Source of the DNA: the human T2T-CHM13v2.0 reference genome, Homo sapiens
NCBI RefSeq assembly: GCF_009914755.1
Contig: NC_060945.1
Length of the DNA stretch: 64,000 nucleotides
Reading direction: 5' to 3' (one strand)
In this document: one piece after another, positions 1 through 17,262 of the stretch
Layout of the letters: the number at the start of each line of letters is the position of its first letter
Numbering within the stretch: the stretch's first letter is position 1
Program-made: the position numbers and the translations under genes
Notes under the pieces: model-generated
What the model was told of the DNA's origin: nothing
The model's database searches: none
Seen by the model: only the letters and a program-made list of their open reading frames with translations

Positions 1-766
1 CTGACTACACAGTAAAATCATTTGAAAGGATTTGCATCATGAACCTTTCAGACATTTGAAGTTATTCACATTGAATTGTCATCTAATCAGAAAGAGGTAT
101 CAATAAAAACACTGTAGGGTATTTAATCTAAATGTAACCACATTAAATTTAATCATATAGTTTTGCAATTATTTGTGGCTATATCTACTTAAGACCGTAA
201 GCAGGTCTTCTTTAATTTTCTATTCCTAATGCCAATGATAATGCTGGATACCTAATTAATGCTCAATATATGCTCACTGCAAAGAACCAAACAAGGAAAA
301 CACCAACTAAGAAATGCTTTGCAGTGTAACATAAACATTTTCTTTGAATGCTAAATATATTTTGAAATTACAAAATCAGACAAGAGACAAAATTAAGAAA
401 CGTTAATACCAATTAGACTAAGATGCTTCTTAAGCATAAACAGACTATTCAAATCACATAAGGGCTTTTTTTTAATTACTGGAAAATGTCTTATGTGGAA
501 GAACATTAAAGACAGAAGCTACATATTCATACACAAACACATTACTTAATATACTAATTCTATATTCGTCTATATTAATTTCTAGTTGTAAAAGCATTAA
601 AATCCACATAATTATGGACATCATCCATCCCTAAATGTGGATTAAAAGAAAATGTACTAACAGTTCTTTTACCATATAAAACAGAAAATATAAGGATAAA
701 CTGCCCTGCCAAATATACAGTTAAACTTATGCATATTGCAAAATAAGGAAAATAATGTATTCTAAA

Positions 767-1363
767 ATCATACCAATCTTAGATAATGTATAAAAAATAT
801 GCCTGTATATAACAAGTATCACAAAGTATATGAATCTTTTCATTTTTTGAAGGTTTGATCATTCCTATCTACTATTCTGACTCATATGTTCTTTCTTTTC
901 CAGTCAAGCTTATCATACCAACCTTTGATAATATATATAAATATGCCTGTATTTAACAAGCATCACAAAGTACATGAACCATTTTTTTTCCTTTTTTTTT
1001 TTTTTGAGACAGTTTCACTCTGTCACCAAGGCTAGAGAGCAATGGCGCGATCTAGGCTTACTGTAACCTCCGCCTCCCAGGTTCAAGGGATTCTCACGCC
1101 TCAGCCTCCCCAGTAGCTGGGATTACAGGCGTGTGCCACCATGCCCACCTAATTTTTATATTTTTAGTAGAGACGATGTTTCACCACATAGCCCAGGCTG
1201 GTCTCAAACTCCTGAGCTCAAGCAATCCTCCTGCCTCACCCTCCCAAAGTGCTGGGATTACAGGTGTGAGCTACCACACTCAGCCTTTTTCCCATTTTTT
1301 GAAGGTTTGGTCAATCCTATCAATTTCTCTCTGACTCATATGTTCTTTCTTTTCCAGTCAAGC
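767..1363. repeat. ~145-bp local tandem duplication, second copy split by an Alu
   Basis: atcataccaa...aacaag.atcacaaagta.atgaa...ttttttgaaggtttg...cagtcaagc occurs at 767-909 and again at 912-990 + 1286-1363. Confidence 0.85.
992..1285 (-). mobile_element. Alu
   Basis: Poly-T followed by the antisense Alu body. Confidence 0.95.
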
Positions 1364-1404
1364 ATCTTGAAACAGAGTAAAAATATATTTCTTTTATTTG
1401 TACC

Positions 1405-1595
1405 GGAGTCTGCAAACTTTTCCTGAAAAGGGCTAGATAGTAAATATTTTAGGCTTTGTGAGCCATAGCAGTCTCTGACAAAAAGTCAGACCTTTTGTTT
1501 TTATTTACACTCTTTTAAAAATGTAAAAATAATTCCTCGCTTGAGGGCAGTACAAAAACAGGCTTCAAAATGTGGACGCTGGCTGGACCTCTGAC
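1405..1595. mobile_element. MER58-like hAT MITE
   Basis: gtctgcaaacttt...aaagggctagatagtaaatattttaggctttg. Confidence 0.6.
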
Positions 1596-1659
1596 GTACT
1601 TCATGAAGGCTGGCTTAGCACCTAATACTCATCTGAAGCTACATTAGTGAGGCTGCCAA

Positions 1660-2710
1660 TGCCCATAGGAAACCCGATTTAGTCTTTGGCTTTTTTGCAC
1701 TTTGTAGCATTTGCATTGCTAGCCACTCCCACATTAAAATGCCCCTTTCCTTAGTTTCTATCATGGCAACTCTCTCCTAATTTCTCCTTAGTTTTCCCCC
1801 ACTTTCATCTCATTCTCCTTTGTTGGCTTTTGTACCTACACAATCTTTCTAAATGCTGGAGTTTCTTAGGATTTCATCCTTTTCCTTCTTTCCTAATCCC
1901 CCATAGTTTCCCTTTGTGATCACATCAACTCTCACGCCATAAAATGCCACCATGATTCCTAAATCTGTATTATTGGTCCTAGAATTCTTTCATAAACCCC
2001 AAACCTTTATTCTTCAAATCTTACTGGATCTCAATAGCCAGGTGTTCTAAACACTCAATTTCAACTGCTCTAAAGTGAAACTTTTTTAAAAACCCGAAAC
2101 AGCATCCATTTTTCTCAAGAATAGATAAAGGCAGAAACCTTAGTATCATTGTTGACTCTGAACTCAGCCCTGACCCAACAGATCCAGCCAGATCCCAATT
2201 CTTATGTATTAAACTTCCTACACATCATTCTTTCTTTATATGTTTATAGTTTAGTCTATCATACTAGGTTGGTGCAAAAGTAACTGCAGTTTTTGACATT
2301 ACTTTTAATGGCAAAGACTGCAATTACCTTTGCACCTACCTAATACTCTGTCTCGCTAACTGCAGTATCTTCTGCATCAAATCATCTCTACTTACGGTTC
2401 TGACGTCCTCTCTAAATCATTTTCTACACATCCAGAACAATCTTTCAAAAATGTAAATCTAATTGTTAACCTCTGTATAAATTAAAACTCCACCAATACC
2501 TCATTTTTCACCTAAAAGAAAATCAGAATTTTCAAGTATGAGGCAAAAAGGTCCTTATCTCCCTTTCCAACTGAATCTCAGAACCACTCACTATTTCATG
2601 GTCATGGTGGGTTGTCTGCCATGCACCTCACATAACATGCTATTCATGTCTGTGTGCTTTTACACATTCTGTTCCCTCGGCTTGAAATTTTGTTTTTCTG
2701 CTGTGCTCCC
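1660..2710 (+). mobile_element. L2 fragment, interrupted by MADE1
   Basis: Pyrimidine-rich L2-type motifs (catcaactctca..., ctttcaaaaatgtaaatct). Confidence 0.55.
2264..2343. mobile_element. MADE1 (80-bp mariner MITE)
   Basis: taggttggtgcaaaagtaa...ttacctttgcacctacctaa flanked by TA on both sides. Confidence 0.9.
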
Positions 2711-2731
2711 AGCCTTCAAAACTCTGCTCAT

Positions 2732-3024
2732 GGCTGGGCACAGAGGCTCACGCCTGTAATCCCAGCACTCTGGGAGGCCAAAGCAGATGGATCACCTGAG
2801 GTCAGGAGTTCGAGACCAGCCGGGCCAACATGGTGAAACCCCATCTCTACTAAAAATACAAAATTAGCAGGGTGTGGTGGCACATGCCTGTAGTCCCAGC
2901 TACTTAGGAGGCTGAGGCAGGAGAATCGCTTGAACTCAGGAGGTGGAGGCTGCAGTGACTAGAGTTTATGCCACGGCACTCCAGCCTGGGGGACAGAGTG
3001 AGACCCTGTCTCAAAAAAAAAAAA
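2732..3024 (+). mobile_element. Alu (S-type)
   Basis: Full dimer with A-tail. Confidence 0.95.
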
Positions 3025-3589
3025 TCTGCACATTATTTCCTGAATACCTATTACCACACCCAAATATCCATTTAGTTGTTGAATATTACTTTTACCCATA
3101 TGCTTACAAGAAACTTCTGTTACATAATCATTTATTTACAGCACAACTCTGTGAATCCTTGAAGGACAGGGGCCTTAACTTTTTTAACTTTGTATCCCCA
3201 ACTGCCTAACATGAATCAAGTCTTATTGAACATATTTTAAGTGAAGGACTTACTGCTAAAATCACTTTTAAATGGTTAAGTGATAGGCATTTAAAATAAA
3301 TCATTAACAATGGAAGCATCATAAATTGGTTCATTTTTGATAGAAAGGACATAACTGGGATGTTATGTTTCTTAATATTGAGAGTACTAGTATTTATCTT
3401 TCAAAATATGTACATTGAAAAATTGATCTCTTTTTGCTCACCGTAAAACTTTTAAAAATTGGGGGAATACTCAACTAATTATCAGAAACTAATTATCAGA
3501 TAATAAATTCATTTTTCTATTATACTCTCCTAGGAACACTAAAATGCTTCTGTGAAACTTTCTAGAGTTTGCTCCCCTGACACTTCAAG

Positions 3590-3866
3590 TTGCCATGGTA
3601 GCTATTAGCGACATGTGTTTTCTGAACAAGTGAAATGTAATTAGTTCAAATCGAGGTATGCAGTAAGCATAAAATGCACACTGAATTCCAAAATCTTAAT
3701 GGGGAAAAGGTATCTCAAAATTTGAAATATTACTATTTTGGATTACTGAATTAAATAAAATTTACTACAATTCTTCCCAAATGTTTCCTTTTTCTCAAAT
3801 TTTTAACATACCCACTAGAAAAATTACTTATGTTGCTCACATTATATTTATACTGCACAGCACTGT
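3590..3866. mobile_element. MER33/MER3-like hAT element
   Basis: gtaagcataaaatgcacac...tatgttgctcacattatatt...cagcactg. Confidence 0.55.
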
Positions 3867-6142
3867 TATATACAACAAAGTTCACTCTGCAACAAGACAA
3901 CTGTCATTGTCACAAAAATCACTTTTTAGACTATGATGATCTCCACCAATGCCTTACTGACAAGCTTGCTGTGTTATCTGATTACTATGGATCATTGGTA
4001 ATAAATTAGTCAAAGGAAAACATCCATGTAATACATCTGGTGCAAAAACACTTAATATGCCTTATGTGAAAAACAATATTATTTTTAAAAGCACTACACA
4101 AAGAAATGAGGTTGGTTCCAACCCTCCCAGTCAGGGAGAAGATGTGTGGGAATACTGAAACAACCTTACGGAGGTCATGTATAAGAAGATTATCGATACT
4201 ACTGGATAGGTTTGGTGTCATCACAGAAATTAAATATGAATATTTAGACACACATGTCTGTAAGCCAGAGACATTAAGTTTAAAGCAATAATCAACTAAA
4301 AAATTTTTCTTTAAACAGTTGAAAAAGCAAAAAGACAGGCTATAACTAAAGATAATTTAAGAGGGGAGAGGAGTAAAGTCCAGGTCTATTTGGCTTCTAA
4401 GATCAGGCTCTTGACTACTAATCAAATTGACTCCTCAGCAAACTTTACTACTGATCAATGAAAGTGATGAGTATTTGAGTATACACAAAAGTAGATATGA
4501 AATGCCAACAGTGGCATACAATGAAGCTAAATGAAGTAAAGGGAGCAAGGTTCTTATGGCAGGAGAAAAGTGAGAGGAAACAAAATGATCATCTTTAAAG
4601 AAGGTCATTTCCTAAGAGACAGCTGTAAAAAGAGAAGAGATAAATAAAAAAGACAAAAACATTGAGCTTAAATTAGAACAGAGCTTATCACAGATCCTTA
4701 AACTTGATGAAACTATTGCTTAAGAAAGTCCAGACAACACATAAGAATAAAAGCATTGGTGAACAGCAAGAAAAGTCAAAATAGCTGTCATACAGTGTAA
4801 ATTGAAGAAGGACCAAATCAGCATTGCTTTCTAATTTCCATCACACCCTATCATCTGCCAATTTTCATCACTGGCAGGACACTGGGCTGAGTGATTTGTC
4901 TATAAAAGGGAATCTCTGGAAAGAAAAAATAAATCATGGATGTCATCCAAAGAGGCTAGACCGTATCATTGGCAGGTAGATAAGAAAGGTCAGAGGACTG
5001 ACAGAATTTAGGGTAAAAGAAAAGCAGCAGGACTTAATGTCAAGAAATACAAAGATAACCAAAGAAAAGAGGCTGGAGTTAAAGCTTAAGTGAAGTAAAA
5101 GGAATTAAAGCTAAATGATGAGTAAATACATTGAGGAACAGGGGGTGAATTAAGATGTGTAGCATTTCCATGTTTAAACCTTGCAAAAACTTCTCATTGC
5201 AGACCGAACAGAACCCAAACTCCTTCCCTTGCTTACAAGCCTACATGATCTAGCCTTTGTTCGCCTTGATGATGTCTCTACTACCCCCACCTAGTAGGCT
5301 ACTATGCTCCAAGTAAAATGACATGCTGTCTGTTCATGAATCATGCCAAGTCCACTCCTCAAGGTCTGTGTAGTGGTCTGTTCCCTCTCCCTGGAATGTT
5401 CTTTCCTCTTATCTTGCATGACTGGCTTCTTACCATTCAGTTTTCCTATTCAGGAAGTATATCTGGTTGTATCTCCTAGATGGATTTTTAGTGTAAAATT
5501 TCCAGACAAGGTTAATGTATCCTTGTATCATCATGAAAATAATGTTGCAACAATGACCAGCCATTTACCTATGACAGAGCACCCTAAAAGTGTTTCCTGA
5601 TGAAAATCTTGGCCTTCTTCACAGATACTCTCTTTAGCGGATTTCTTTATAATGAGATGCATGATTTTGTTAAATTTCTCAACTTTTATAAAAAGATGTC
5701 AACCTTACTCCTAACTCAATCAACTATCACAGCTACTGCTCTGCCCTTTAGGAAGCAACAGAAAATACATATACTCAATATGTATTATCATTCTCATAAC
5801 TTAAGCTTTAGATAGGAGGTAAAATAACTACACTTTTTAAAGCAATTAATATATACAAGGCACAATGTTATGTGAATTCCATTCATTGTTTTCATTTAAC
5901 CCTCATAATAACAGTATGATTTAAGACAGTATCATTTTAAAAGCATAAAAAGTAACTTCTGCCATGACACACAATTAGGATAGGAAGAAATATTTATAAA
6001 AGATGTTAAAAAGGTGACAAAACATCCTATCTGCAATATTCTTTAAATTATATCCTTGGAACTTAATCCAAGATTATGATCGTCTTAACAGATGGGTCAG
6101 AACGCTGTGTAGTTAGAATGCACTGTTTAAGATCCCCAAGGA

Positions 6143-6452
6143 GGCCGGGCACGATGGCTCACACCTCTGTATCCCAGCAGTTTGGGAGGCTGAGACGGGC
6201 AGATCACGAGGTCAGGAGTCCGAGACAAATCTAGCCAACATAGTGAAACCCCGTCTCTACTAAAAATACAAAAAATTAGCCGGGTGTTATGGTGTGCGCC
6301 TGTAATCCCACCTACTTGGGAGGCTGAGGCAGGAGAAATCGCCTGAACCTGGAAAGCGGAGTTTGCAGTGAGCCAAGGCCATGCCCCTGCATTCCAGCCA
6401 GGGTGACAGAGCAAGACTCCATCTCAAAAAACAAAAAAAAAAAAAAAAAACC
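6143..6452 (+). mobile_element. Alu
   Basis: Full dimer with A-tail. Confidence 0.95.
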
Positions 6453-8474
6453 AAAGAAATCTAATTTAGTCATTTAGGCCTTGATTTTATACCACTGACT
6501 TAGTTTGAAGGCTGCTATAAGAAACAGCCCTATGAAACTGGTATTTTTCTACTGCAAGGTGGCTACTTTAAGACAATTTTTCATTGCATTCTATCAAGGG
6601 ATGTCTTATTATTATATCATTATATCAAGTGATGTTATAAATAGTAAGAATCAGATTAAGGGCTCATATTTCCTTCTTTGTATTGACTGTTGAAAAGGTA
6701 TGGGGCCAAATTTGTGGTTTGTCTGGAATTACATATTTTTGGGGGGTCTCTCTGTTATCTTCATATTTATCCTATCTAAATTTTCCATTGCCAAATTTCC
6801 TTACTTATTTTTAGTTTTATCCTATTGCTTATGTATTTTTATGAGTTTCCATAAGTCTATTTTGGAAAAAGGCAGAGTACTCATAATTTTAGTATATCTT
6901 TTAGCTTTATGTTGCCATAAACCTTTCATTATATACATGATCAACAACAGCAAATTATCTCACCTCAGTATTTAGTTTATTATTTTACAAACTGATTTAT
7001 GATTACTAACATGTAACTGAAGGTATACACTATTAGAACACAGTTTTCAGTAGAAAGTAGCACTGCCATTGAGTAATAAAATGTTCCAATATTAGAGCAA
7101 CATTCTTATACAAGTTTGCATGTTGTTTACTGAGGTCTAAAGCATGACTACACAAAAGGCTGAATAAAATTCAGATTCTTACATACACATAAAATTGTTT
7201 TATTGAGATGACAAAGTATATTTATTAGGCCACCCAGAATATAATCCACTCTGATAACTGCCAGTGTACGCACGTGCTGAAGTAACTCAGTACATAAATA
7301 GTAGCCACAACAGTTGCTGTGCATGAAAGTTCTTCTCTTCCAGATTGAAGAGTGTACAATCTAAAGCATTTTAAAACTTTAAATCCCTTATTAGCTTAAA
7401 TATAATTTAAAATTTTAGTTTGCCTTACCTATAATTTGTCTGTACACTAGGTTACTAAGGGTGATATGATTACATATGTGGACACAAAATAATTTTAATG
7501 GAAAATGAAATTAGGGTACTCAACAAAGATAAAGGGTAATGATCATGTAACTAACCGTATTTGAGATTAGTTTAAGCCTGGGGTAGCTATACTTATGTTT
7601 CACAGACCTGGAGAAGATAGGAAAAAAAGCTTTTATCAACATTGCTAAGGAACAGGTAAAAGCAAACATTAGGTGACTAAGAGGTGACATAAAAAAGACT
7701 GAATAAAATATCATGGAGGTTTCATAATAAGATTGGAAATTCAATAGACTAGGAGAAAAAAGATGCCAAAATATACATGCTCATTGGGAAAACACATAGT
7801 AAGAAAAAGGAGAGATCTCTATTTAATGATACAATAGTAGAGTTATAATTTCCTGTATAATGTAAATTTCAAGCATTTAAACATTTTCATTGAATTATAA
7901 AATACTATTTGGAAAAGAAAGATAAACAGCACAACTGCAGATTACAGATGACTAAGATAGATGAATCATGAAAAGGTGCTAGCAGAGATTTCTATCACAC
8001 CTATCAGGGATACAAAATTTCCAAGAATTTCAGAAGTGTTTGGTGTTCCTATTAATGTAAATCCTGAAATAACACCTGAGTGAACTGTCTTCTAATTCTT
8101 CAACTGGATGGCTTTTTAGTGTAAAAGATGTTGAATACTGATTGACTTTTTAATAATTTTATAGTATAAGTCAGAAATACTGCACAGTCCCTATTTACAT
8201 CTTTCTACAGTGGTTTTTAAAATGTTTTAAGAATAAAAAACATGCAAACTTTATTTGATTTTTCTGAGGAAATAACTTTTTGGATTTAATTTCAATGAAA
8301 CCGTTGATAACATTTCCCTCCCCAACAATCTCTGGCAACGATCCCTCAGATTTTAAAGATTATGTATTATTACCTTTTAATACAAGTAGAATAACACTCA
8401 GGGAATTTACAACATTTGTTATTTTCAGTAAATACATTGGTTGAAGTTTAAAAGTCTATGCGTAGTAAACTTAC

Positions 8475-8637
8475 ATCTTTCAGGAGCTTGGTCAATGTGT
8501 TCTGGACAAAGCAGGAAGATGTGACTGAAATCCTGAAAGCTGTCGGCTCCTGCAGCACAAGGATAATGATACATCTGGGTACATTTCTCTTCACAGCATT
8601 TGATAGTGGCTCCAAAGTGCTTACAAAATGCACATCG
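8475..8637 (-). CDS. BAGE2: BAGE exon 3 (163 nt) in the BAGE frame: (L)DVHFVSTLEP...TKLLKD
   Basis: Acceptor tttctctcctttacccctttcag|CG and donor AT|GTAAGT; phase fits exon 2 (CT+C=Leu); contained in ORF 8448..8693. Confidence 0.85.
8475..8637 (-). pseudogene. KMT2C: Duplicated KMT2C (MLL3) exon 7, PHD-type zinc finger region
   Basis: The other frame reads RCAFCKHFGATIKCCEEKCTQMYHYPCAAGADSFQDFSHIFLLCPEHIDQAPER, near-identical to KMT2C residues ~284-337. No preceding KMT2C exon was recognised in the window. Confidence 0.9.
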
Positions 8638-10023
8638 CTGAAAGGGGTAAAGGAGAGAAATCTCTTTATAAAACCTTGAAAAGGAATATTCAAATATAAG
8701 CTGGGAAGGTATAAAAAACTCTCTGTACATCACAAGTAAACAAATGGAACCTGCAAAATATTAAACAAAGGATTCGTTAGAAATAATAAAATCTACATTA
8801 CTCAATTTAGTGCTTCGTGTGCTACCAACTCATCCTTCCATTCAAATTAGAAAGTTAGAACTTCATTCCTTATATTTTCAAAAATAAATTGTGAAGCATT
8901 TTTGAAACAAAACCTAAAGATTTTTTTTTAAAGCAAATAGTAATATGGTTAAAGGGGCAGGTTTCTATATTGAGGATTATTATAAAGTTTTTAAATCCCA
9001 CCAAAACTAGTAATAGGAACATATATTATTTATGAGACATATTACTATTTTTTACCCTGCCTAAAAATAAATACAAAATAAACTCATCAATTATAAGTTA
9101 ACAGGGACATAAATAGTTAAAGACTCACAAAAAAAAAAAACTACATACTTCAATGTAGCAATCAACTTCAAATTTCTTAACAAAAGATGGAAATGTGGGG
9201 GAAAAAAATTAGTCATCTGGTATCTTTCCCATTTCAACCTGCCTCCATTATCTTGCAAGTGTTAAAACGCACAGAAATAAGCCCCAAACAAGAGGGGCAG
9301 TCTAGGGCAAGTGAACACATAAGAAGTCAGAAGAAATTATGTAAAATGTTGCATTTACTTATTCAGTTTTCCCTTAGAATGATTCACAAACTCTTCCTCA
9401 TTCTCCCAAGTCCATTTTGAGCATCATTTTCTTTGAAGAGAGTCTGATGGGCCCTGTACTGTACAGTATGAAATCTCTCTGTGGAAATGACTATCTAACA
9501 TAAATTTTTGTTTACACCGTTACATAGTACCTACTTGCTTATGCCATTACATGATCAGTTTATCTTTTTCTCATCCTAATCCAAGATCCTTCAATTGAGG
9601 CACCATACTATCTTTGTATCCAAAGCACCAAAAATGCTGCTTCAAACAGGCCCTAATAGATAGGTGTTCCTATACATATACCAAAAAGTCTTAACTTTTG
9701 GTGATCTTGTTTGTGAGTGTGGCTCATAAACAGCTTAGCTGAGATAACTGGAGCCTCACGTAGCAGAGACAGTTGGACCCTGCTAACATTACTGTGGATA
9801 TCTTCACATGTTACTACACTGACTTTATATTCTGCTAATTAACCAGGGACTACAGTAGTTAAAATTATAATTGTTTTCAATGTTTTATGTGTAAATCTGT
9901 ATTTCACATACTATCAAACTCTTCCTCATTGTCATCAGTCTACTGCATTGAATCAACATAACAAAGCTAAATGACTCCTGAGGGCCGAATCAGAAAGAAG
10001 AAAAGAAAGAGATACAACACTTT

Positions 10024-10217
10024 GGCCAGCCCAGTGGCTCACACCTGTAATCCCGGCACTTTAGAAGGCCAAGGCGGGCGGATCACGAGGTCAGGAGATC
10101 GAGACCATCCTGGCTGACACAGTGAAACTCCATCTCTACTGAAAATACAAAAAATTAGCCGGACGTGGTGGCAGGCACCTGTAGTCCCAGCTACTTAGGA
10201 GGCTGAAGCAGGAGAAG
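10024..10217 (+). mobile_element. 3'-truncated Alu (Y-like)
   Basis: gagatcgagaccatcctggct diagnostic; stops at ggagaag with no tail. Confidence 0.9.
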
Positions 10218-11107
10218 CTTCTAAATAACTCATAAACACTAATTACTGTTGTGACACTTTAATTTTATATAATATTTATAAGTATACAGAATAACATTTC
10301 AGTGCTATTTTGGCACTCAAGGGTATTAATGTATTAGAAACACAGAAAAAATATTTGTCTTCATTGATAAAGTGTAATAACCAGCTTTTACAAAACAGGT
10401 AATTTTTTATATTGTAACTCCCAAGGTATCTAAATATGTTTAGTGCATTAACAGAACCCAGAATTAACTGCAAATACAACACCTTGGTAGTCTAAATGTC
10501 CAAACAGAAAGTTCACGTAAATGTCGAAAGAAAAAGTACAATCAATCTGTTGAAAAATATTTATAACAACTCATTAGCATAACTAATTTCTGCTAAATTG
10601 TTAAAATCTAAAATCGCTTATTTTGATACCGTATGGCAAGTTTTGCAGAAGCCTTTTGCACTAAAAATAATCTTGGCAGATAAAATATAATGAGAGGTAA
10701 GTACATAATAACAGAAAATAATTTAAATTGACCAGCTTCTCAATGTCTTTCTCATTTTAGAAACACCAATATGTTCTCTTAATCATATCTGCAATGAAAA
10801 ATATTATATTAGCTAAACTATTATGAAAAGTACTGGAATATATCTAACATACTAATTTACAATATCATATAAAGGTATCAGTGAATAAAAGAAGGAAAAT
10901 AAAACACTACATTTAGGGGAACGCTTCAAACCCATATGTTACAATTAAATAGCTAATGAAGAGCACTCGGCATTAAAAGAAAACGTTTACTATATATACA
11001 CAGTCTGGAATGTATCTTCCTAAACCAAATAAAAAGGACTTGTAAAATCATAGACAATATCAAAGAATAGATTTCTACAGGGAACTTCTCAAATGTCAAC
11101 ACTCTTA

Positions 11108-11540
<433 letters not shown>

Positions 11541-12789
11541 GCCCTTAAATGGTTTATCAACTAAATGGTTTATTTGAATCAATAATGAAAATTCCTAGAC
11601 AGCATTTTTTCTTTTTACTTTTATTCATCATTAAAAAGACAGGGAGTAAGAAAAGGAAAAAAAGTAACATGTTATAATAATATTTTCCCATATTAATCCA
11701 AGAACACAATAAGAACAACAAAAACTCAGTGAGAACTCATATTACCAATTTTAAGAATGAGTCTGAGGAATTTTCAAAACTTTTATTTAATAGATTGAAA
11801 TAATCTGTCAAAATGTATCTATAAAACACAACAGAATGAACAAAATTTCTGAGATTAAAGTTGTATCATAAAAAAATACCAAGAAGTTAAATATTCCACA
11901 GTTCATTAAATTAATTATCCAGTATTTATTCTGTACCAACTATAGCAATGGTTTTAGGCTACGTGCTCCAATAAATAAGTATTGTAAGGCTCCCCATGCT
12001 CCAAATTTGTTTTTAATCTTCACCAATCTGTTTTTAGTGTTAGGCAACTAGGATTCTCCCAGGATGCAGTAATAAAGAACAAAGATGGAAAGCAAGAGAA
12101 AGAGGTAGAATGACATGAAAATCTGATCCAGAAGGTGCAACGTCTGTTTTATATGAGTACCAGAAAGGGAGAAAATAGGAGGGATTATAATCACCAAAAT
12201 TCTAAAGGAAAAGTTATGTATATATCTAATAATAAAAGCTAACATTTAATTAAGCATAATCCTCATTCAACAGATGAGGAATCTAAAACCCAAAGAGTCA
12301 TTATCACTGTTCCACTTATCTCTGTATCCCTACAAAAATACTCACTCTTGATCTGTAACAATGCCTCCTTAAACTCCCTGAATGGCAGCTTCAGATAAAA
12401 ACTTCCCAGAAAGTTTGAAATAACAAGGATAAAAGGAAAATTCTTGGAGCCACATAAAAAAGAAAACAGATCATTACAAAAAAAGAAGAATCGGGCATCA
12501 GTTCTCATTACCAATACTGAATTAAAAAGAAACCCCCCAAAAAATCATTATTTTCCTAGGTCTATAAGAAATTATTTAAAGCCAAAATTTTAATGTTTGT
12601 TAAGCTAACATTCAAGTCCACGGATAACAAATGTAAATAGTTTAAATTCTCTAGTAAAAGACAGCAACTTTCAAAATATGCAAAATATACTACTTAACAC
12701 ATACACATATTTTACATGTAACTATACTACAGACTTCATTTATGTATGTGTGTGTGTGTACACATATATAATATAAAATGAATGAAATA

Positions 12790-13375
<586 letters not shown>

Positions 13376-13376
13376 C

Positions 13377-13407
<31 letters not shown>

Positions 13408-14681
13408 TATTCATACATATGCACAATGCACAGTGACATACACAATTCAAAAACAGACTTGAGGGGAAAAAACACAAACGCTATCCAAAAAATGCAGGTA
13501 TAGCAATAATTGCAAAGAAACAGAATTTAAACTAAAAAGCAGTGAACAAGTCAAAGATAATAATTTATAATAACATAAGTTTTATGTTGCAGTGTAAATT
13601 CCAAAAGAAGCCATAGTCATTAAAGTTTATACACCTAATAAATATATGTCACATATAGAAAGTAAAGCTGAGTAGAAATAACATGCATAGATTAGACTTT
13701 AACATAGCTCTCAAATCAGGATATTAAGTAGATATGAAATAAATAATAACAATGATCGGGTTTGATTCAAGCAGACACATAAAATACACACAGATCTCTG
13801 AATTCCAAAAATAGAGAAAACATCCTATTCAAATGTACATAGAATTTTCAAAAAAACTTCACATGTATGGTCATAAAGAAATGTCCACATATTTTAAAAA
13901 GCAGGTATTTCCTAGGTTATATCCAGTAAAAGCAGATGCGTCCCTAGACCTAATACAATAAAAATTAGAAATTCATAATATAAGCATAAACTCCCAAATC
14001 TACCCACTGGCAAAATTTAAAAGTCCTTTCTATATAACGGCAGAGTTTCAATCAAGAAGAAAAATCATGTATTATTTTTAAATGATTAAGAAACATCAAA
14101 AATATCTCTGAGATGTGGCAAATGTGGTATTCAGAGGAAAAAAATATAGCTTCAAACATGCAAAACTGTAAGACTAAAGAATTACAATAAATAATGCCCG
14201 ATTCAAAAATTAAGCCAATAAGAATCAACATATAATCCATGAGATTCGCCATCTAGGGAAGTAAACCCACCCTAATACTGTGTTTATTAAAATGCTGTTA
14301 ATGAGATCCGAGGTTTAAACAACTCTTCGCTCTAGAAAGTGAAATAAAGCTGACTGAAATAAAACCTAATCTATGAAATTATTCTGTATATGAATTGACC
14401 TGAAGTAATGAACAGTTCAATGACTGGCTTATGACTCTTGTTCTGGTCCAGGTTAATCATTCTAGTTGGCATACTATTAAGCACACATTTCTGATTGAAA
14501 CATCTGTTAAAAAAATAACATCAAACGACATTACAAAATCAAAATGGAGACTGCTAAGAGTGGGATTTTTCTCCTGCCACTATCTTTCCTTTCTGCCACA
14601 TCCTCCTCCCTGCTGCCACAGCAATCTTTCTAAAGGAATACAAATATATTCTGAATCACACGCAAACCCCTCAATACAGAA

Positions 14682-15616
<935 letters not shown>

Positions 15617-16271
15617 GCAACATTTCAAGGCCCTCCATGCGTTGGTCTCTGCCAAATCACTATTAGATTTTTAAGATTTTTTTTACACATTATACTTACA
15701 TTACACAATGTCTTAACACTATGAAGTAAAAATGTAAATATTTTAAACTCTGGCTTGGAAATGAGGAGGCAGAATCTCAGAAATTTTCCTAAAATAAAAT
15801 AGGAGAGGCAAGCTTTCTGAGTCCACAAAAGTGCCCTCTACCTATTGGGTCAAAGAAAAAGTAATTTCTCTATTTGTAACAACATACATAAATTATAAAC
15901 CCTGAAGAAATAGGTCCCTAATAGCTATAATCTTTAACATAACCATAAATAAAAACATGAATAAATCTGACTACATAAAAATGTAAAAACTTCTATGTGG
16001 TGAGAACACACATTACAGAAAAAAAAAATCAAATGACAAAAAATAACCTCCAATTTGAATTACAAATATCTAGTTAATCCTGGATATAAACAAATAAAGC
16101 ATGTAAGTTATAAAAATGAGTATAATTTTAAAATAGACAAGGATACTTTATAGAATTTCATAATTTAAGGAAGACATAAAGTTAGCCAATAAACTATGGG
16201 TAATATGCAAGAATCAGTAAGCATTATTATTTGCCAGCAGCTAAGCCAAGTACTTTATAAGAATTACTTTA

Positions 16272-17262
<991 letters not shown>

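Noticed and set aside
4025-4048. atacatctgg match to the KMT2C-like exon
   Set aside because: Only ~10 bp, with no frame or splice support; likely chance.
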